NCBI GenBank assembly: GCA_965262725.1
Contig: OZ253555.1
Span: 416,001-480,000, forward strand
Reading direction: 5' to 3'
Length of the DNA stretch: 64,000 nt
DNA from: Dehalococcoidia bacterium
GTDB taxonomy: Bacteria > Chloroflexota > Dehalococcoidia > UBA2979
The notes beneath the pieces were generated by a model. The model saw only the letters and a program-made list of their open reading frames with translations, searched no databases and was not told the origin of the DNA. Positions 46,056 to 58,790 of the stretch are shown here, piece by piece. Positions within the stretch are counted from its first letter, which is position 1. Every line of letters starts with the position of its first letter. The translations under genes and the position numbers were made by a program.

Positions 46056-47087
46056 TCACCGCCTGAGGCGCGGCTCCGACCAGCGGACGAGCGCTCCGGA
46101 TTCGCCCTCGTCCTCGACGCGGACGAGGCGCTCGTCGTCGGCGAGCAGCTGCAGGTGCGAGAGCGTCTCGCCGATGGCCGAGCGCTGCATCATCAGCGGG
46201 AAATCGGCGAAGCGCCCGGTGTTCCACTGCACGCGCGCGGCCACGTCGCGCGCGGTGGCGCCGGGCGCGGGCTGCTCCAGGGCGGCCCGGGCGACCTCGC
46301 CCAGGCGGTCGTCGTGGTGGTGGAGGAGCGCGCGGCAGCGCCTCGGGAGGTCGGCGATCGTGAACTCGTGCGCCGGCAGCCCGAGCGCGCTGTCGTAGCT
46401 CGCGACGCGCTCGAGCGAGCGACGGAAGTCGGCGAGCGGGCTCGTCCCCTCCTGGTCGGAGTGCAGCGAGACGTTGGGCGAGATGTGCGGCAGCACGTGA
46501 TCGCCGGTGAGCATCAGCCGGCGGCGGCGCTCGAACATGCAGAGGTGGCCGGGCGTGTGCCCGGGCGTCCAGACCGCCTCGAGCTCCCAGCCGTCGAAGC
46601 TGAGCACGTCGCCGTCTGCGAGCAGCGTGTCGGGCTTCACGCTGGGGGACGGCGCCATCCCGCCCGAGCGGCGTGCCTCCTCCGCGCGGTGGCCCTCGTC
46701 GATCTCGGAGCGGCTCATCCCGTGCCGCATCAGCCAGCCGTCGGAGCGCGCCATCCACCCCTCGCCGCTCGCCTCGCGCGCCTCAATCCAGTCCCATTCG
46801 CGGTCGAGCATCACGAGCTCGCAGCCCGGCGACTGCTCCTTCACCCACGCCGCCATCCCGTAGTGATCGGGGTGGGAGTGGGAGATGATCAGCCGCTGGA
46901 TGTCGGAGGGGCGGTGCCCGCGCGCCGCCAGGCCCTCGGTCAGCGCCGCCGTCGCCTCGGGCGTCCCGAATCCGGAATCGAAGAGAGTGACGCCGTCCTC
47001 ACCCTCGAAGAGGTAGGCGAAGACATAGGGAAGCTCGGGCCGCGGCATCGGCGTCTTGACCTGGTGCAGGCCGGGAACGATCTCCAC
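46056..47087 (-). CDS. Metallo-beta-lactamase-fold hydrolase
   Basis: SHSHPDHYG, TPGHTPGH, GDHVL and PAH. Confidence 0.9.
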   Translation of the reverse strand: MEIVPGLHQVKTPMPRPELPYVFAYLFEGEDGVTLFDSGFGTPEATAALTEGLAARGHRPSDIQRLIISHSHPDHYGMAAWVKEQSPGCELVMLDREWDWIEAREASGEGWMARSDGWLMRHGMSRSEIDEGHRAEEARRSGGMAPSPSVKPDTLLADGDVLSFDGWELEAVWTPGHTPGHLCMFERRRRLMLTGDHVLPHISPNVSLHSDQEGTSPLADFRRSLERVASYDSALGLPAHEFTIADLPRRCRALLHHHDDRLGEVARAALEQPAPGATARDVAARVQWNTGRFADFPLMMQRSAIGETLSHLQLLADDERLVRVEDEGESGALVRWSEPRLRR

Positions 47088-47105
47088 GGGGAGCGCCGGC
47101 CCCCG

Positions 47106-47342
47106 CTAGCCGGCGGAGCTGTCGCCGGAGGAGGAGCCGCCCGTGCCCGTCGAGGCTCCGCCACCACCCGCGGGGGCGTCGTCGTCCGAGGACTCCTCGT
47201 CCTCGGAGCGCGCCTCCCGTCGGAACTCGCGAATGCCCTTCCCCAGCGCACCGCCGAGGCCCGCGACCCGCGAGGCGCCGAACAGCAGCGCTAGGATCAC
47301 GAGGATGATGAGCAGTTCCTGCCAGCCGAGACTTCCGATCAT
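47106..47342 (-). CDS. tatA: Twin-arginine translocase TatA/E
   Basis: [22 protein letters not shown]...LGKGIREFR. Confidence 0.92.
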   Translation of the reverse strand: MIGSLGWQELLIILVILALLFGASRVAGLGGALGKGIREFRREARSEDEESSDDDAPAGGGGASTGTGGSSSGDSSAG

Positions 47343-47433
47343 TCGCCCGTCCTACTCCTGCATCCGCTGCGCTCCCGCGCGTCGCGCCCCGCGAGGGGCC
47401 CGCGCGCCGGGGCGCGCGTCGGCGCCCATCCTA

Positions 47434-48735
47434 TCACCGCCCGGCGCCGAGACGCCGCTCCGCGCGGCCGACGCGCTCCTCGAGCGCGAGCAGACGCCGG
47501 CCCAGCGCCGTCAGCGACTCGACGCTGTGCGCGGGGAGGAAATCGTCGCAGTGCGGCAGAGCCGCGGCCATCCCGCCGGCGAGCGGCTGGTAGCCGGGCG
47601 CGCCGAGCAGCGGGTTGAGCCAGATCAGGCGTCGTGCGCGCCGGTGGAGGAGCGCCATCTCCCGTCCCACGGCCGCGGAATCGCCGCGGTCCCAGCCGTC
47701 CGAGAGCACGATCACGACCGTGTCGCGGCCGACGCGCTCGCGGGCGTAGCGGCGGTTGAAGTCGGCGAGCACCGCTCCTATCTGGGTGCCACCGCTCCAG
47801 GCGTCGACCGAGGAGGAGACGAGCCGGAGCGCCGCGTCGAAGGATCGCGCCCGCAGCATCGGCGTGACCTCGAAGAGGCGCGTCGAGAAGACGAAGGTCG
47901 AGACGCCCCGCAGCTCCTGCTGGAGCCCATAGAGGAACTGCACCAGGAAGCGCGAGTAGAGGTCCATCGACCCGGAGACGTCGGCGAGCACGACAAGCCG
48001 CGTGCGGCGGCGACGGCGGCGGCGGTGCGCGAGTTCGCGGAGCTCGCCGTCACCGCGCGCCGCGCGCCGCATCGAGCGCCTCAGGTCGATGTCGTGCCCG
48101 AGCCGCGCGGCGCGACGGCGGCGGGCGAGCGCGCTCGCGAGGCGGGGAGCGAGGGCGCGGATCAGCCGCCGCACCGCGTCCAGCTCCTCCGGCCGGAGCG
48201 AGGAGAAGTCGCGCCGCGTGAGGAGATCCTGCCCGCTGTAGGCGCCCGCCGTGGCCTGAGGCGGAGGGGCGGCCTCGCCGCCTGAGGCGAGCGCCTCCGG
48301 GACCGCGGAGCGGGCGAGGCGGCCGGGCGGCTCCGCGCTCCGGCCCGGGGCGGCGACCTCGCGCGGGGGCCGGGGAGGCGCGGCCCGCGGGGCGCGTCCC
48401 GACCAGAACTGCTCGAACAGCGCCTCGAAGAGAGCCCTCTCCGCCGGCCGGCGCAGCAGCGTCGCGGCGAGTGCGGCGCGGGCTCCCTCGCGCGTCTCGA
48501 CGCCGACGGCGAGGAGCGCGCGGGCGGCCTCGATAGCGTCGCCGGTGGTGACCGGGAGCCCGGCCTCGCGCAGGAGCCGGACGAAGGCGACGACGTTGCC
48601 CTCGAGCGTCCCCTGCCTGAGCGCCTCGGCGCGCTCGGCGAAGGCGGCGAACTCCCAGGCCTCCGGGGTGGGGCCCCCGGAGCCCGCTCCGGGGCCGGCT
48701 CCGGGGCCGGCTCCGGGTCCAGCTGGATCCCTCAC
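47434..48735 (-). CDS. CoxE-like VWA-domain protein
   Basis: DVSGSM, FVFSTRL, WSGGTQIG, SDGWD and WLNPL. Confidence 0.9.
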   Translation of the reverse strand: MRDPAGPGAGPGAGPGAGSGGPTPEAWEFAAFAERAEALRQGTLEGNVVAFVRLLREAGLPVTTGDAIEAARALLAVGVETREGARAALAATLLRRPAERALFEALFEQFWSGRAPRAAPPRPPREVAAPGRSAEPPGRLARSAVPEALASGGEAAPPPQATAGAYSGQDLLTRRDFSSLRPEELDAVRRLIRALAPRLASALARRRRAARLGHDIDLRRSMRRAARGDGELRELAHRRRRRRRTRLVVLADVSGSMDLYSRFLVQFLYGLQQELRGVSTFVFSTRLFEVTPMLRARSFDAALRLVSSSVDAWSGGTQIGAVLADFNRRYARERVGRDTVVIVLSDGWDRGDSAAVGREMALLHRRARRLIWLNPLLGAPGYQPLAGGMAAALPHCDDFLPAHSVESLTALGRRLLALEERVGRAERRLGAGR

Positions 48736-48757
48736 GTCGCCTCCGCCGCCCGGATCG

Positions 48758-49681
48758 CTACATCGAGCGGTCGATGTCGACCTGCGCGAGCACCTGGCCG
48801 ATGTTGCTCTCGCGGAAGCGCTCCACGTCGTCTCTGTACTTGAAGATGCAGCCGAGCGTCTGCTCCACGGCGTCCTCGTCGAGCGTGTCGCGCGAGAGCG
48901 CCATCAGCGCCATCGCCCAGTCGATGGTCTCCGCCACGCCCGGGCGCTTGTAGAAGTCGCGCTCGCGCAGCAGGCGCATGAACTCGCAGAGCTGCCGGGC
49001 GAGCCCCTCGGCGACGCCGGGCACGCGCGCCATCAGGATCGCCTGCTCGCGCTCGACGTCCGGGTAGTCCAGCCAGTGGTAGAGGCAGCGGCGCTTCAGC
49101 GCGTCGTGCAGCTCGCGCGTGCGGTTGGAGGTGAGCACGACGTAGGGGCGACGGCGGGCGGCGAGCGTCCCGAGCTCCGGGATCGAGATCTGGAAGTCGG
49201 AGAGCACCTCGAGCAGGAAGGCCTCGAACTCCTCGTCGGCGCGGTCGATCTCGTCGACGAGGAGGACGGGCGGCTCCTCGTCCTCGGCGAGGATCGCCTC
49301 AAGCAGCGGCCGGCGCACGAGGTACTCCTCGCCGAAGAGCGAGCGCTCGAGCGCCGCGCGGCGCTCGCCCGTGGCGCCCGCCTCGCCGTCCTCGGCCGAG
49401 GCCAAGCGGATGTGCAGGAGCTGCCTGGGGTAGTTCCACTCGTAGAGCGCTTGCGCGGCGTCGACGCCCTCGTAGCACTGCAGGCGGATGAGCCGCGCGC
49501 CGCGCGCCGAGGCGATCGCCTTCGCGAGCTCGGTCTTCCCGACGCCGGCCTCGCCCTCGAGCAGGAGCGGCTTCTCCATCGCCTGCCCGAGGAAGACGGT
49601 GGTAGCGACGGCGCGCGAGGCAAGGTAGCCCTGCCCGGCGAGCCGCGCGAGCGCGTCGTCGACGGAGGCGAAGTGGGTCAT
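48758..49681 (-). CDS. MoxR/CoxD-like AAA+ ATPase
   Basis: EGEAGVGKTE, RLQCYEG, LVDEIDRAD and DALKRRC. Confidence 0.92.
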   Translation of the reverse strand: MTHFASVDDALARLAGQGYLASRAVATTVFLGQAMEKPLLLEGEAGVGKTELAKAIASARGARLIRLQCYEGVDAAQALYEWNYPRQLLHIRLASAEDGEAGATGERRAALERSLFGEEYLVRRPLLEAILAEDEEPPVLLVDEIDRADEEFEAFLLEVLSDFQISIPELGTLAARRRPYVVLTSNRTRELHDALKRRCLYHWLDYPDVEREQAILMARVPGVAEGLARQLCEFMRLLRERDFYKRPGVAETIDWAMALMALSRDTLDEDAVEQTLGCIFKYRDDVERFRESNIGQVLAQVDIDRSM

Positions 49682-49705
49682 GGGCGAGCGGGTCCGGCCT
49701 GCGCG

Positions 49706-50020
49706 CTAGCCGGTGATGCGCTCGACGAAGACCTCGAGCACGCCGCCGCAGATCTTGTCGTCGCCATCAACGGGCTCGGTCAGGTCGACGACGACGACCC
49801 GGGGCTTGCCGTCGGCCATCGTCTCCATGGCGTCCGCCCAGACCTCGGCCTCGCCGCAGCCGCCGCCGATGGTGCCCACGAAGGAGCCGTCGGGCCGGAG
49901 CAGCATGCGGGCGCCGGGCTTGCGCGGCGTCGAGCCGACCGCCTGCGAGACGGTCGCGAGCACACGCTGCTCGCCCGAGGCGAGCGCCTCCCCGATCTCG
50001 GCGTATATCTGGCGGTCCAT
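49706..50020 (-). CDS. XdhC/CoxI N-terminal domain protein
   Basis: GSTPRKPGARM...GTIGGGCGE...CGG. Confidence 0.88.
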   Translation of the reverse strand: MDRQIYAEIGEALASGEQRVLATVSQAVGSTPRKPGARMLLRPDGSFVGTIGGGCGEAEVWADAMETMADGKPRVVVVDLTEPVDGDDKICGGVLEVFVERITG

Positions 50021-50089
50021 CGGCCCTCCCGCGGGGCAAGTCTAGCGCAGCGCCCGCGCCGCCGCAGCGGGTGCCCCGGTGGAGGACGC

Positions 50090-50938
50090 TCAGCCCGCGC
50101 CCGGGCGCATCGGCCCGCCGCGGCCGCCTCTGCGGACCATCACGATCTCGGCGAGGATGGAGACCGCTATTTCCTCGGGCGTCTCCGCCCCGATGTCGAG
50201 GCCGATGGGGGTGCGCACGCGGTCGAGCTCAGCCCGCGGGACGCCGCCCGCGGCGAGGCTCTCGAGCACGGTGCGCGTGCGCCGACGGCTCCCGATCATC
50301 CCCAGATAGGCGGCGCCGCGGCCGACCGTATGCCGGAGCGCGAGCTCGTCCTGCTTGTGGCCGCGCGAGACCAGCACGACCGAGCAGGCACCCCCGAGAT
50401 CCATCGCGTCGAGCTCGGAGTCGATCTTGCCTGAGCGCACGTCGTCCGCCATCGGGAAGCGCTCCGCGTTCGCGAACTCGGGCCGGTCGTCGATGACGGT
50501 GATCCGGAATCCGAGCAGGGCGCCGATCTCGGCGAGCGCGAGTCCGACGTGACCGCCGCCGACCACGACCAACCGCCCCGGCGCCTCGAAGAGTTCGAGC
50601 ATGATCTGGGCGTCCCCGGGTGAGGACTCGTGCCGGCGATCAGTCGCCGGCTCCCCCGCGTCGAGATGCGCGCGCCCGATGTAGAGCGTCTGCACGGCGG
50701 TGCGCAGGCGGGCCGAGAGCGCCTCGCGCGCCGCGGCCAGGACCGAGGCGTCGAGGGCGGGACTCCCGAGCGTCCCCAGGGAGCCCTCTGCGGGATCGCG
50801 CCGGACGAGGAGCTTCGCGCCGCGGAGTGCGAGCGGCGGATCGCCCGGGTGGGTCACGGTCGCGACCGCGGCCGGCGCCCCGCCCGCCTGCGCGCGCTCG
50901 ACCTCAGCCACCATGCGTGCGCGGTCCGGTGCGTCCAT
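50090..50938 (-). CDS. XdhC/CoxF-family molybdenum cofactor chaperone
   Basis: VVGGGHVG, DDRPEFA, YLGMIGSRRR and PIGLDIGAETPEEIAVSI. Start codon uncertain (up to 50992). Confidence 0.88.
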   Translation of the reverse strand: MDAPDRARMVAEVERAQAGGAPAAVATVTHPGDPPLALRGAKLLVRRDPAEGSLGTLGSPALDASVLAAAREALSARLRTAVQTLYIGRAHLDAGEPATDRRHESSPGDAQIMLELFEAPGRLVVVGGGHVGLALAEIGALLGFRITVIDDRPEFANAERFPMADDVRSGKIDSELDAMDLGGACSVVLVSRGHKQDELALRHTVGRGAAYLGMIGSRRRTRTVLESLAAGGVPRAELDRVRTPIGLDIGAETPEEIAVSILAEIVMVRRGGRGGPMRPGAG

Positions 50939-51039
50939 CACGCTCGATGATAGCGGGCGGGCGGACCTGGACTCTCCCCCAACCTCTCTCATCCCCGGGT
51001 AACAGCGACGGGTGCAGGGCCCCGGAAGCAGGAGCCCCG

Positions 51040-51174
51040 ATGATTGGACGGGCTAGTCGAGCTCGAGCCCCCAAGAAGAAGCAGACCCTGTTGCGTCGGA
51101 CCGATTGGTGGAAGGTTCTGGTCGGCTTCGCGGTGGGAACCGCGGCGTGGAACGTGCTGGAACGCCTGCTCTAG
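51040..51174 (+). CDS. Putative 44-aa small membrane protein
   Basis: RBS AGGAG precedes ATG 51040; basic N-terminus plus a hydrophobic helix; fills the intergenic gap. Confidence 0.45.
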   Translation: MIGRASRARAPKKKQTLLRRTDWWKVLVGFAVGTAAWNVLERLL

Positions 51175-51228
51175 GGAGAGGGGCGTCCCCCGCTTCCGGG
51201 CGGCGCGACGCTGCTTCCGCAGTATCCC

Positions 51229-52320
51229 CTAGAGGTTGAAGAGGATGTTCAGCACGTCGCCGTCCTGAACGACGTAGGACTTCCCCTCCGTGCGGAGTCG
51301 GCCTCTCTTCTTGAGCTCGGCCAGAGAGCCAGCGTCGATGATCTCCTCCCAGTGGGCGACCTCCGCGCGGATGAAGCCCCGCTCCATGTCGCTGTGGATC
51401 TTCCCCGCGGCCTCGGGCGCGGTGGCGCCGACCGGGATCGTCCACGCCCGGCACTCGTCCTCGCCGACCGTGAGGAAGGAGTGCAGTCCCAGGAGGGCAT
51501 AGGCCTCGACGACGGCGCGCCCCGCCGGCGACTCCGGCGCGACGCCGAGGTCCGAGCGCATCGCCTCCGCCTCCCTGGGGTCGAGCTGCGCCAGCTCGGC
51601 CTCGAGGCTCGCGCAGAGCGCGGCCACGGCAACGCCTGAGCCGCCGTAGCGCCCGGCGACGTCGCGCTCGATGGACCCGGCACGCGGGAGATCCGCCTCG
51701 CCGATGTTGGTAACGAGCAGGACCGGCAGGCGCGTGAGGAAGGGGTAGGCGGCGAGAGCGCGACGATCCGGCTCGTCAAGGTCGAGCGAGCGCAGCGCGC
51801 GGCCCGACTCAAGCGTCGCCTGCAGCCGGAGCAGCAGATCGCGGTCGCGCTCGAGCCGGCCGCGCTCGCCGACGCGGATCGAGCGCGCCTCCGAGTCGAT
51901 GCGGGCGAGGCGGCGCTCGATCAGCCCGAGGTCTGCGAAGACGAGCTCGAGATCGAGCGCCTCGATGTCGCGATCGAGATCGACGGCCCCCTCGGGGTGC
52001 GGCACCACCTCGGACTGAAACGCGCGCACCACGTGCACGAGCGCGTCTGAGCGCGCCAGCTGCTGCAGGAAGCGGCTCCCCGGCTCCCCGGCCCCGAAAC
52101 CGGCGACCGGATAGTCGACCCAGCGGGTCTCGGCGGGGGTCCGCTTCTTCGGGTCGAAGATCTCGGAGAGCCGGTCAAGCCGGTGGTCCGGGACGTGCGC
52201 CACGCCGACGTGGGGGTCGGCGCCCGGCGCGTAGCCGCCGGTCGGGACGCTGCTGCGCGTGACCGCGTTGAAGAGCGACGTCTTGCCCGCGCGCGCCAGT
52301 CCGAGAATCGCGAGTTCCAC
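51229..52320 (-). CDS. ychF: Redox-regulated ATPase YchF
   Basis: GLARAGKTSLFNA, VPDHRLD, HVVRAF, AAGKIHSDMERGFIRAEV and EGKSYVVQDGD. Confidence 0.92.
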   Translation of the reverse strand: MELAILGLARAGKTSLFNAVTRSSVPTGGYAPGADPHVGVAHVPDHRLDRLSEIFDPKKRTPAETRWVDYPVAGFGAGEPGSRFLQQLARSDALVHVVRAFQSEVVPHPEGAVDLDRDIEALDLELVFADLGLIERRLARIDSEARSIRVGERGRLERDRDLLLRLQATLESGRALRSLDLDEPDRRALAAYPFLTRLPVLLVTNIGEADLPRAGSIERDVAGRYGGSGVAVAALCASLEAELAQLDPREAEAMRSDLGVAPESPAGRAVVEAYALLGLHSFLTVGEDECRAWTIPVGATAPEAAGKIHSDMERGFIRAEVAHWEEIIDAGSLAELKKRGRLRTEGKSYVVQDGDVLNILFNL

Positions 52321-52462
52321 GCCCGGACACCCCCTCCACGTGAAGCCGTCAGCCGGCGAGGCCCAGCTCCCGCTGGCCCATCGGGCAGCGGGCAAGGAGC
52401 GGGCACTCCCCGCAGGCCGGGTCACGGCGGTGGCAGCGCCTCTGCCCGTGTCGAACCACGAG

Positions 52463-53670
52463 GGCAAGTCTGATCAGGTGGGTCTAGCGACCCAGTTTCG
52501 CCGCGGTCAGGCGCTCTCAGGCGGATTCCCGATGACAGTGGTCATATCCGCCCCCTCGCGGGCCCCTGTGGCTCCCCTCCTCGCCCCGTGTGGGGCGGGG
52601 AGGGCGCACTCCACCCACGGTCAGGCACGGTGCGGCTTCGCGGTGAGCAGGTTGTGGAACCCCAGCAAGACCGCACACCGCTCGTGGTTCTTGAAGAGAC
52701 CCCGGTACCGCACCTTGGCGTAGCCGAAGCGCCGCTTCACGCTGTAGAACGGGTGCTCCACCAGCGCTCGCACCGATGCCTTCCGCTTCTCCTCGACGGC
52801 CTCAGGACTCTCCGGGTCGAGCGCACGCCGGAGGCCCGGGCGCATCGCCACGTTCCAGTCCTTGACCCTGGAGTCCGCGTTCTCGGGTCTCTTCTGCACG
52901 CCCCGGTACCCGGCGTCGCCGTAGACCTCGGCTTCCTCGCCGTGCAGCAGGCGGTGCGTCTCAGACACGTCCGACACGTTCGCAGGCGTGGTCGTGAAGT
53001 TGTGGACCAGTCCAGTATCCCTGTCGGCGCCGATGTGCAGCTTCATCCCGAAGAACCACTGTTTCCCCTTCTTGGTCTGATGCATCTCCGGGTCCCGCGC
53101 CCGCCCGCGATTCTTCGTCGACGATGGCGCCGAGATGATGGTCGCATCCACGATGCTGCCCTCGCTCAGCTTCAATCCCTTGCTCGTGAGGTGCTCGTTG
53201 ATGAGTTGGAGGATCCTGCTACCCAGGGAGTGGCGCTCGAGCAGGTGCCGGAAGTTGAGGATCGTCGTCTCGTCGGGGATGGGCTCGGAGAGCGTGAGGA
53301 AGCAAAAGGCTCGCACCGACTCGGCCTCGTGGAGCAGATCCTCCATGCCGGGGTCGCTGAGGTTGTAGCAGAGTTGCACGGTATGGATGCGCAGCATCAC
53401 GGAGAGCGGGTAGGGCCTCCGCCCGCGGCCCGGTTTCGGGTAGTGGGGCTCGATGGCTGCTTCGAACCTCTGCCACGGGACGAGGCCATCCAGCCGTTCG
53501 AGGAACTTCTGGCGGCGCGTCTTGTAGCCATCCCGCTCGAACTCGACTCTCGCGAATGTCGGCTGATGCATGGCAGCGCTCCCCTTTCCCGGAGGAGTGC
53601 CATGATCGCATATAGTCATCGGAGTGTGCATGTGCTCCAGTAACGACGCGGCGACCTGTTCAGAGAACCC
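52463..53670 (-). mobile_element. Complete IS5-family element with 4-bp target duplication CGAG
   Basis: Ends GGCAAGTCTGATCAGGT and GGGTTCTCTGAACAGGT (reverse complement) match at 12/17. CGAG at 52459-52462 and 53671-53674. Confidence 0.92.
52621..53571 (-). CDS. IS5-family DDE transposase
   Basis: PDETTILNFRHLLE, VDATII, KKGKQWFFGMKLHIG, GDAGY and RALVEHPF. Confidence 0.95.
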   Translation of the reverse strand: MHQPTFARVEFERDGYKTRRQKFLERLDGLVPWQRFEAAIEPHYPKPGRGRRPYPLSVMLRIHTVQLCYNLSDPGMEDLLHEAESVRAFCFLTLSEPIPDETTILNFRHLLERHSLGSRILQLINEHLTSKGLKLSEGSIVDATIISAPSSTKNRGRARDPEMHQTKKGKQWFFGMKLHIGADRDTGLVHNFTTTPANVSDVSETHRLLHGEEAEVYGDAGYRGVQKRPENADSRVKDWNVAMRPGLRRALDPESPEAVEEKRKASVRALVEHPFYSVKRRFGYAKVRYRGLFKNHERCAVLLGFHNLLTAKPHRA

Positions 53671-54337
53671 CGAGCGCGTGCCACTGGTTGAGGCGCGGCA
53701 CGTCCTGGCCGATGCGATCCAGGAAGAGACGCCGCTCCCGCTCGTAGCGCCGCCTCCCGGAGGCCGCCTCGCCGGGGACGGCCGGCAGCAGCTCGAGGCG
53801 CTCGACCAGGCGCCGGGAGTAACTATCGACGACGAAGGTCGGCAGGCGCGCCGCGTAGAGCATGATCGCATCCGCCGTCTCGGGGCCGATGCCCCAGACC
53901 TGAAGCAGCCGCTGGCGGACCGCCTCCGCGGCACGGGCCGGCCCCACGCCGGCGGGCGGCTTGAGCAGCGCGTCGACGTCGCCGTACTCCTCGAGCACGA
54001 CCCGGGAGAACTCGCGGAGCTTGCGCGCCTTCACGTTGAAGTGACCCGACGGGCGGATGAGATCTCCCAGGACTGGCTCGGGGAGGGCGAGGATTGCCTC
54101 CAGCGAGAGTGCCCCCGCGGCGCGCAGCCGTTCGAGGGAGGATGCCGCCCCGCGCCAGGCGGTGTTCTGCGTCAGGATCGCGCCGAGGCAGATCTCGAGC
54201 CTCTGGGCTGGCCCGTCACCGGGGCCGACGGGCCACCACTGCTGGGGCCCGTACTCGCCGACCAGCGCGCCGTAGACGGCGTCGAGCGTGCGGCGCGAGG
54301 CGCGTCGGCCCAAGCGGCGGTTGAGCATCGCCGGCGC

Positions 54338-57083
<2,746 letters not shown>

Positions 57084-57143
57084 CCTCTCCCGGCGCGCCC
57101 CCCGCGGACCCCGTGCGTCCGCTGGCGCGCTCGCGAAGGAGGA

Positions 57144-57653
57144 GTGGCCGTTCCGCCCGAGAGCAGGTTCTTCGTCGAGGTCGAGGTCGAGGAGGCGTGC
57201 CCCGTCACGTTCGGGGGCGACCCCGAGATCGTGCTGTTCTTTGCCTCCTGGGCCTTCTCCCTGCGCTTCGGCGGCATGCACGAGCTCGCGCAGGCGGCGA
57301 TGCGGCTGCAGCGCCGCCACCGCACCGACCTCGCCCCGCTGCTCCGCTACGCCGACCGTGACGCGGGTGATGCGGCCGGGCGCGCCGAGCTCGAGCGCGC
57401 CTGGCAGGCCCCGGAGCCGCTCGCCACGTGCTGCCGCGACGTCGCCGATGCGTGGGAGTCTGGAGACGAGGAGCTCGACGCGCTGACGGCGGGCTACGAG
57501 AGCCTCGCCCAGCGCATGCGCGAGCTCGCCGCGATCTGTGACTGGGCCGGCTCACGCGAGGCACGCGTGCGGCTCAGCTTCGACCTGCGCACCGACGAGC
57601 GGCGGGCGGAGCGCCCGGCCAATCCCTCGGGTCGCGCGGACGGCGGGCGCTGA
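57144..57653 (+). CDS. Hypothetical protein (169 aa)
   Basis: RBS AAGGAGGA; plausible globular composition. Confidence 0.7.
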   Translation: MAVPPESRFFVEVEVEEACPVTFGGDPEIVLFFASWAFSLRFGGMHELAQAAMRLQRRHRTDLAPLLRYADRDAGDAAGRAELERAWQAPEPLATCCRDVADAWESGDEELDALTAGYESLAQRMRELAAICDWAGSREARVRLSFDLRTDERRAERPANPSGRADGGR

Positions 57654-57938
57654 CGGCCGGGCCACAACTCCGCGTCGAACCCATCGTCGGAGCGGTGCGC
57701 GTCGCGGATGCGGTTTATGGGGAAGACGCGGGCGAAGAAGTCGCGCGCCGGTCTCCGAGCGCCACCCGCGAGCCGAGGGCGCTGGTGTGTGCCACGAAGC
57801 AGCACCCCCACCGAGAGCGGACGCGCACGTCTCGTCGCTGCGAGAGGGGCGCTACGAGGCCAGGTACGCCGCGCCGATGAGCTCCTGGTAGCGCGCCAGT
57901 TCGTCGTCAGCGAACTCCACCATGGCATCGACGCCCAG

Positions 57939-58088
57939 CGGCGGCGTGGCAGCCGGCGGCGTGGCAGTCGGCGGCGTGGCAGCCGGCGGCGTGGCAGCCG
58001 GCGGCGTGGCAGCCGGCGGCGTGGCAGCCGGCGGCGTGGCAGTCGGCGGCGTGGCAGCCGGCGGCGTGGCAGTCGGCGGCGTGGCAGT
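57939..58088. repeat. 15-bp tandem repeat CGGCGGCGTGGCAG(C/T) x10
   Basis: Read directly; the last base runs C,T,C,C,C,C,T,C,T,T. Confidence 0.97.
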
Positions 58089-58091
58089 CGA

Positions 58092-58136
58092 GGCATGATT
58101 CCGCGCGGCGAGCGGTCCGCCGCGCGGAATCATGCC
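58092..58136. repeat. Perfect 19-bp inverted repeat with a 7-nt loop
   Basis: GGCATGATTCCGCGCGGCG-AGCGGTC-CGCCGCGCGGAATCATGCC. Confidence 0.95.
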
Positions 58137-58157
58137 AAGGCTTCGTTCTCGGGAGGG

Positions 58158-58478
58158 CTACTGGCGGTAGCGGGGCTCCAGGAACCGCCGCTCGATTGCC
58201 ACGAGTACCCGGACGGCCACGAGAACACCTATCAATCCGGCGCCGATGAACAATCCACCGCTGGTTTCAAGCAGTGCTCTCCCCAACGTGTCCTCGAACG
58301 ACGGCCTGACGTCGACGATGATCCACGATGCGAGCCAGTAGAGAGCGGAGCCAGCGAGCATCACCGCGATCAGGCCGGCCACGAGGAAGCCGCTGCTAGC
58401 GAGCGGAGCGAGGAGGCCCTGACCTCCACCGCTATCGTCCATGCCCCCACCCTCGGATCCGTTGTCGTTCTCTGCCAT
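58158..58478 (-). CDS. Small membrane protein (2 TM segments)
   Basis: Two hydrophobic segments; GGGGG upstream of the ATG. Confidence 0.65.
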   Translation of the reverse strand: MAENDNGSEGGGMDDSGGGQGLLAPLASSGFLVAGLIAVMLAGSALYWLASWIIVDVRPSFEDTLGRALLETSGGLFIGAGLIGVLVAVRVLVAIERRFLEPRYRQ

Positions 58479-58790
58479 CGCCGCCCCCTATTACGCCACC
58501 GCAAGCCCCCGGATCGGGCAAGCGCGTGTTTGGAGAGCACAGACTAGCACAAGAGTAATACGCCTCAACTCGACGGTTCTCGGCGGAGCAGCTCGCCGCG
58601 CACGGCATCCTCACGGGCGCCGCACGTCTGCCGCTGGCGCCCGCCACGCGCGCCGAAGGCATGGCCGTTGAGCGGGTGCCGCGTTTCGGCAATGGGAGGC
58701 TCCCCATGCCGTGAGCCCGCTCGGCACGGCGGCTCACGGCAGGCGGACTCGCCGTCGACCCTCCCGTGCACCGCGCCTATCCTTCGGAGT

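Larger units (their letters stand above)
52349..54328 (-). pseudogene. Endonuclease III-like (HhH-GPD) DNA glycosylase interrupted by IS5
   Basis: GAILTQNT.W, GIGPETAD and VVDSY. Removing the IS restores HALVVRHGQRRCHRRDPACGECPLLARC* (4Fe-4S motif). Confidence 0.92.

Noticed and set aside
47434-50938. CO dehydrogenase (cox) locus
   Set aside because: Only accessory VWA, MoxR and XdhC genes are present; there are no coxL/M/S structural genes in the window.
57939-58088. Possible CRISPR array
   Set aside because: The units are contiguous 15-mers with no unique spacers, and there are no cas genes in the window.
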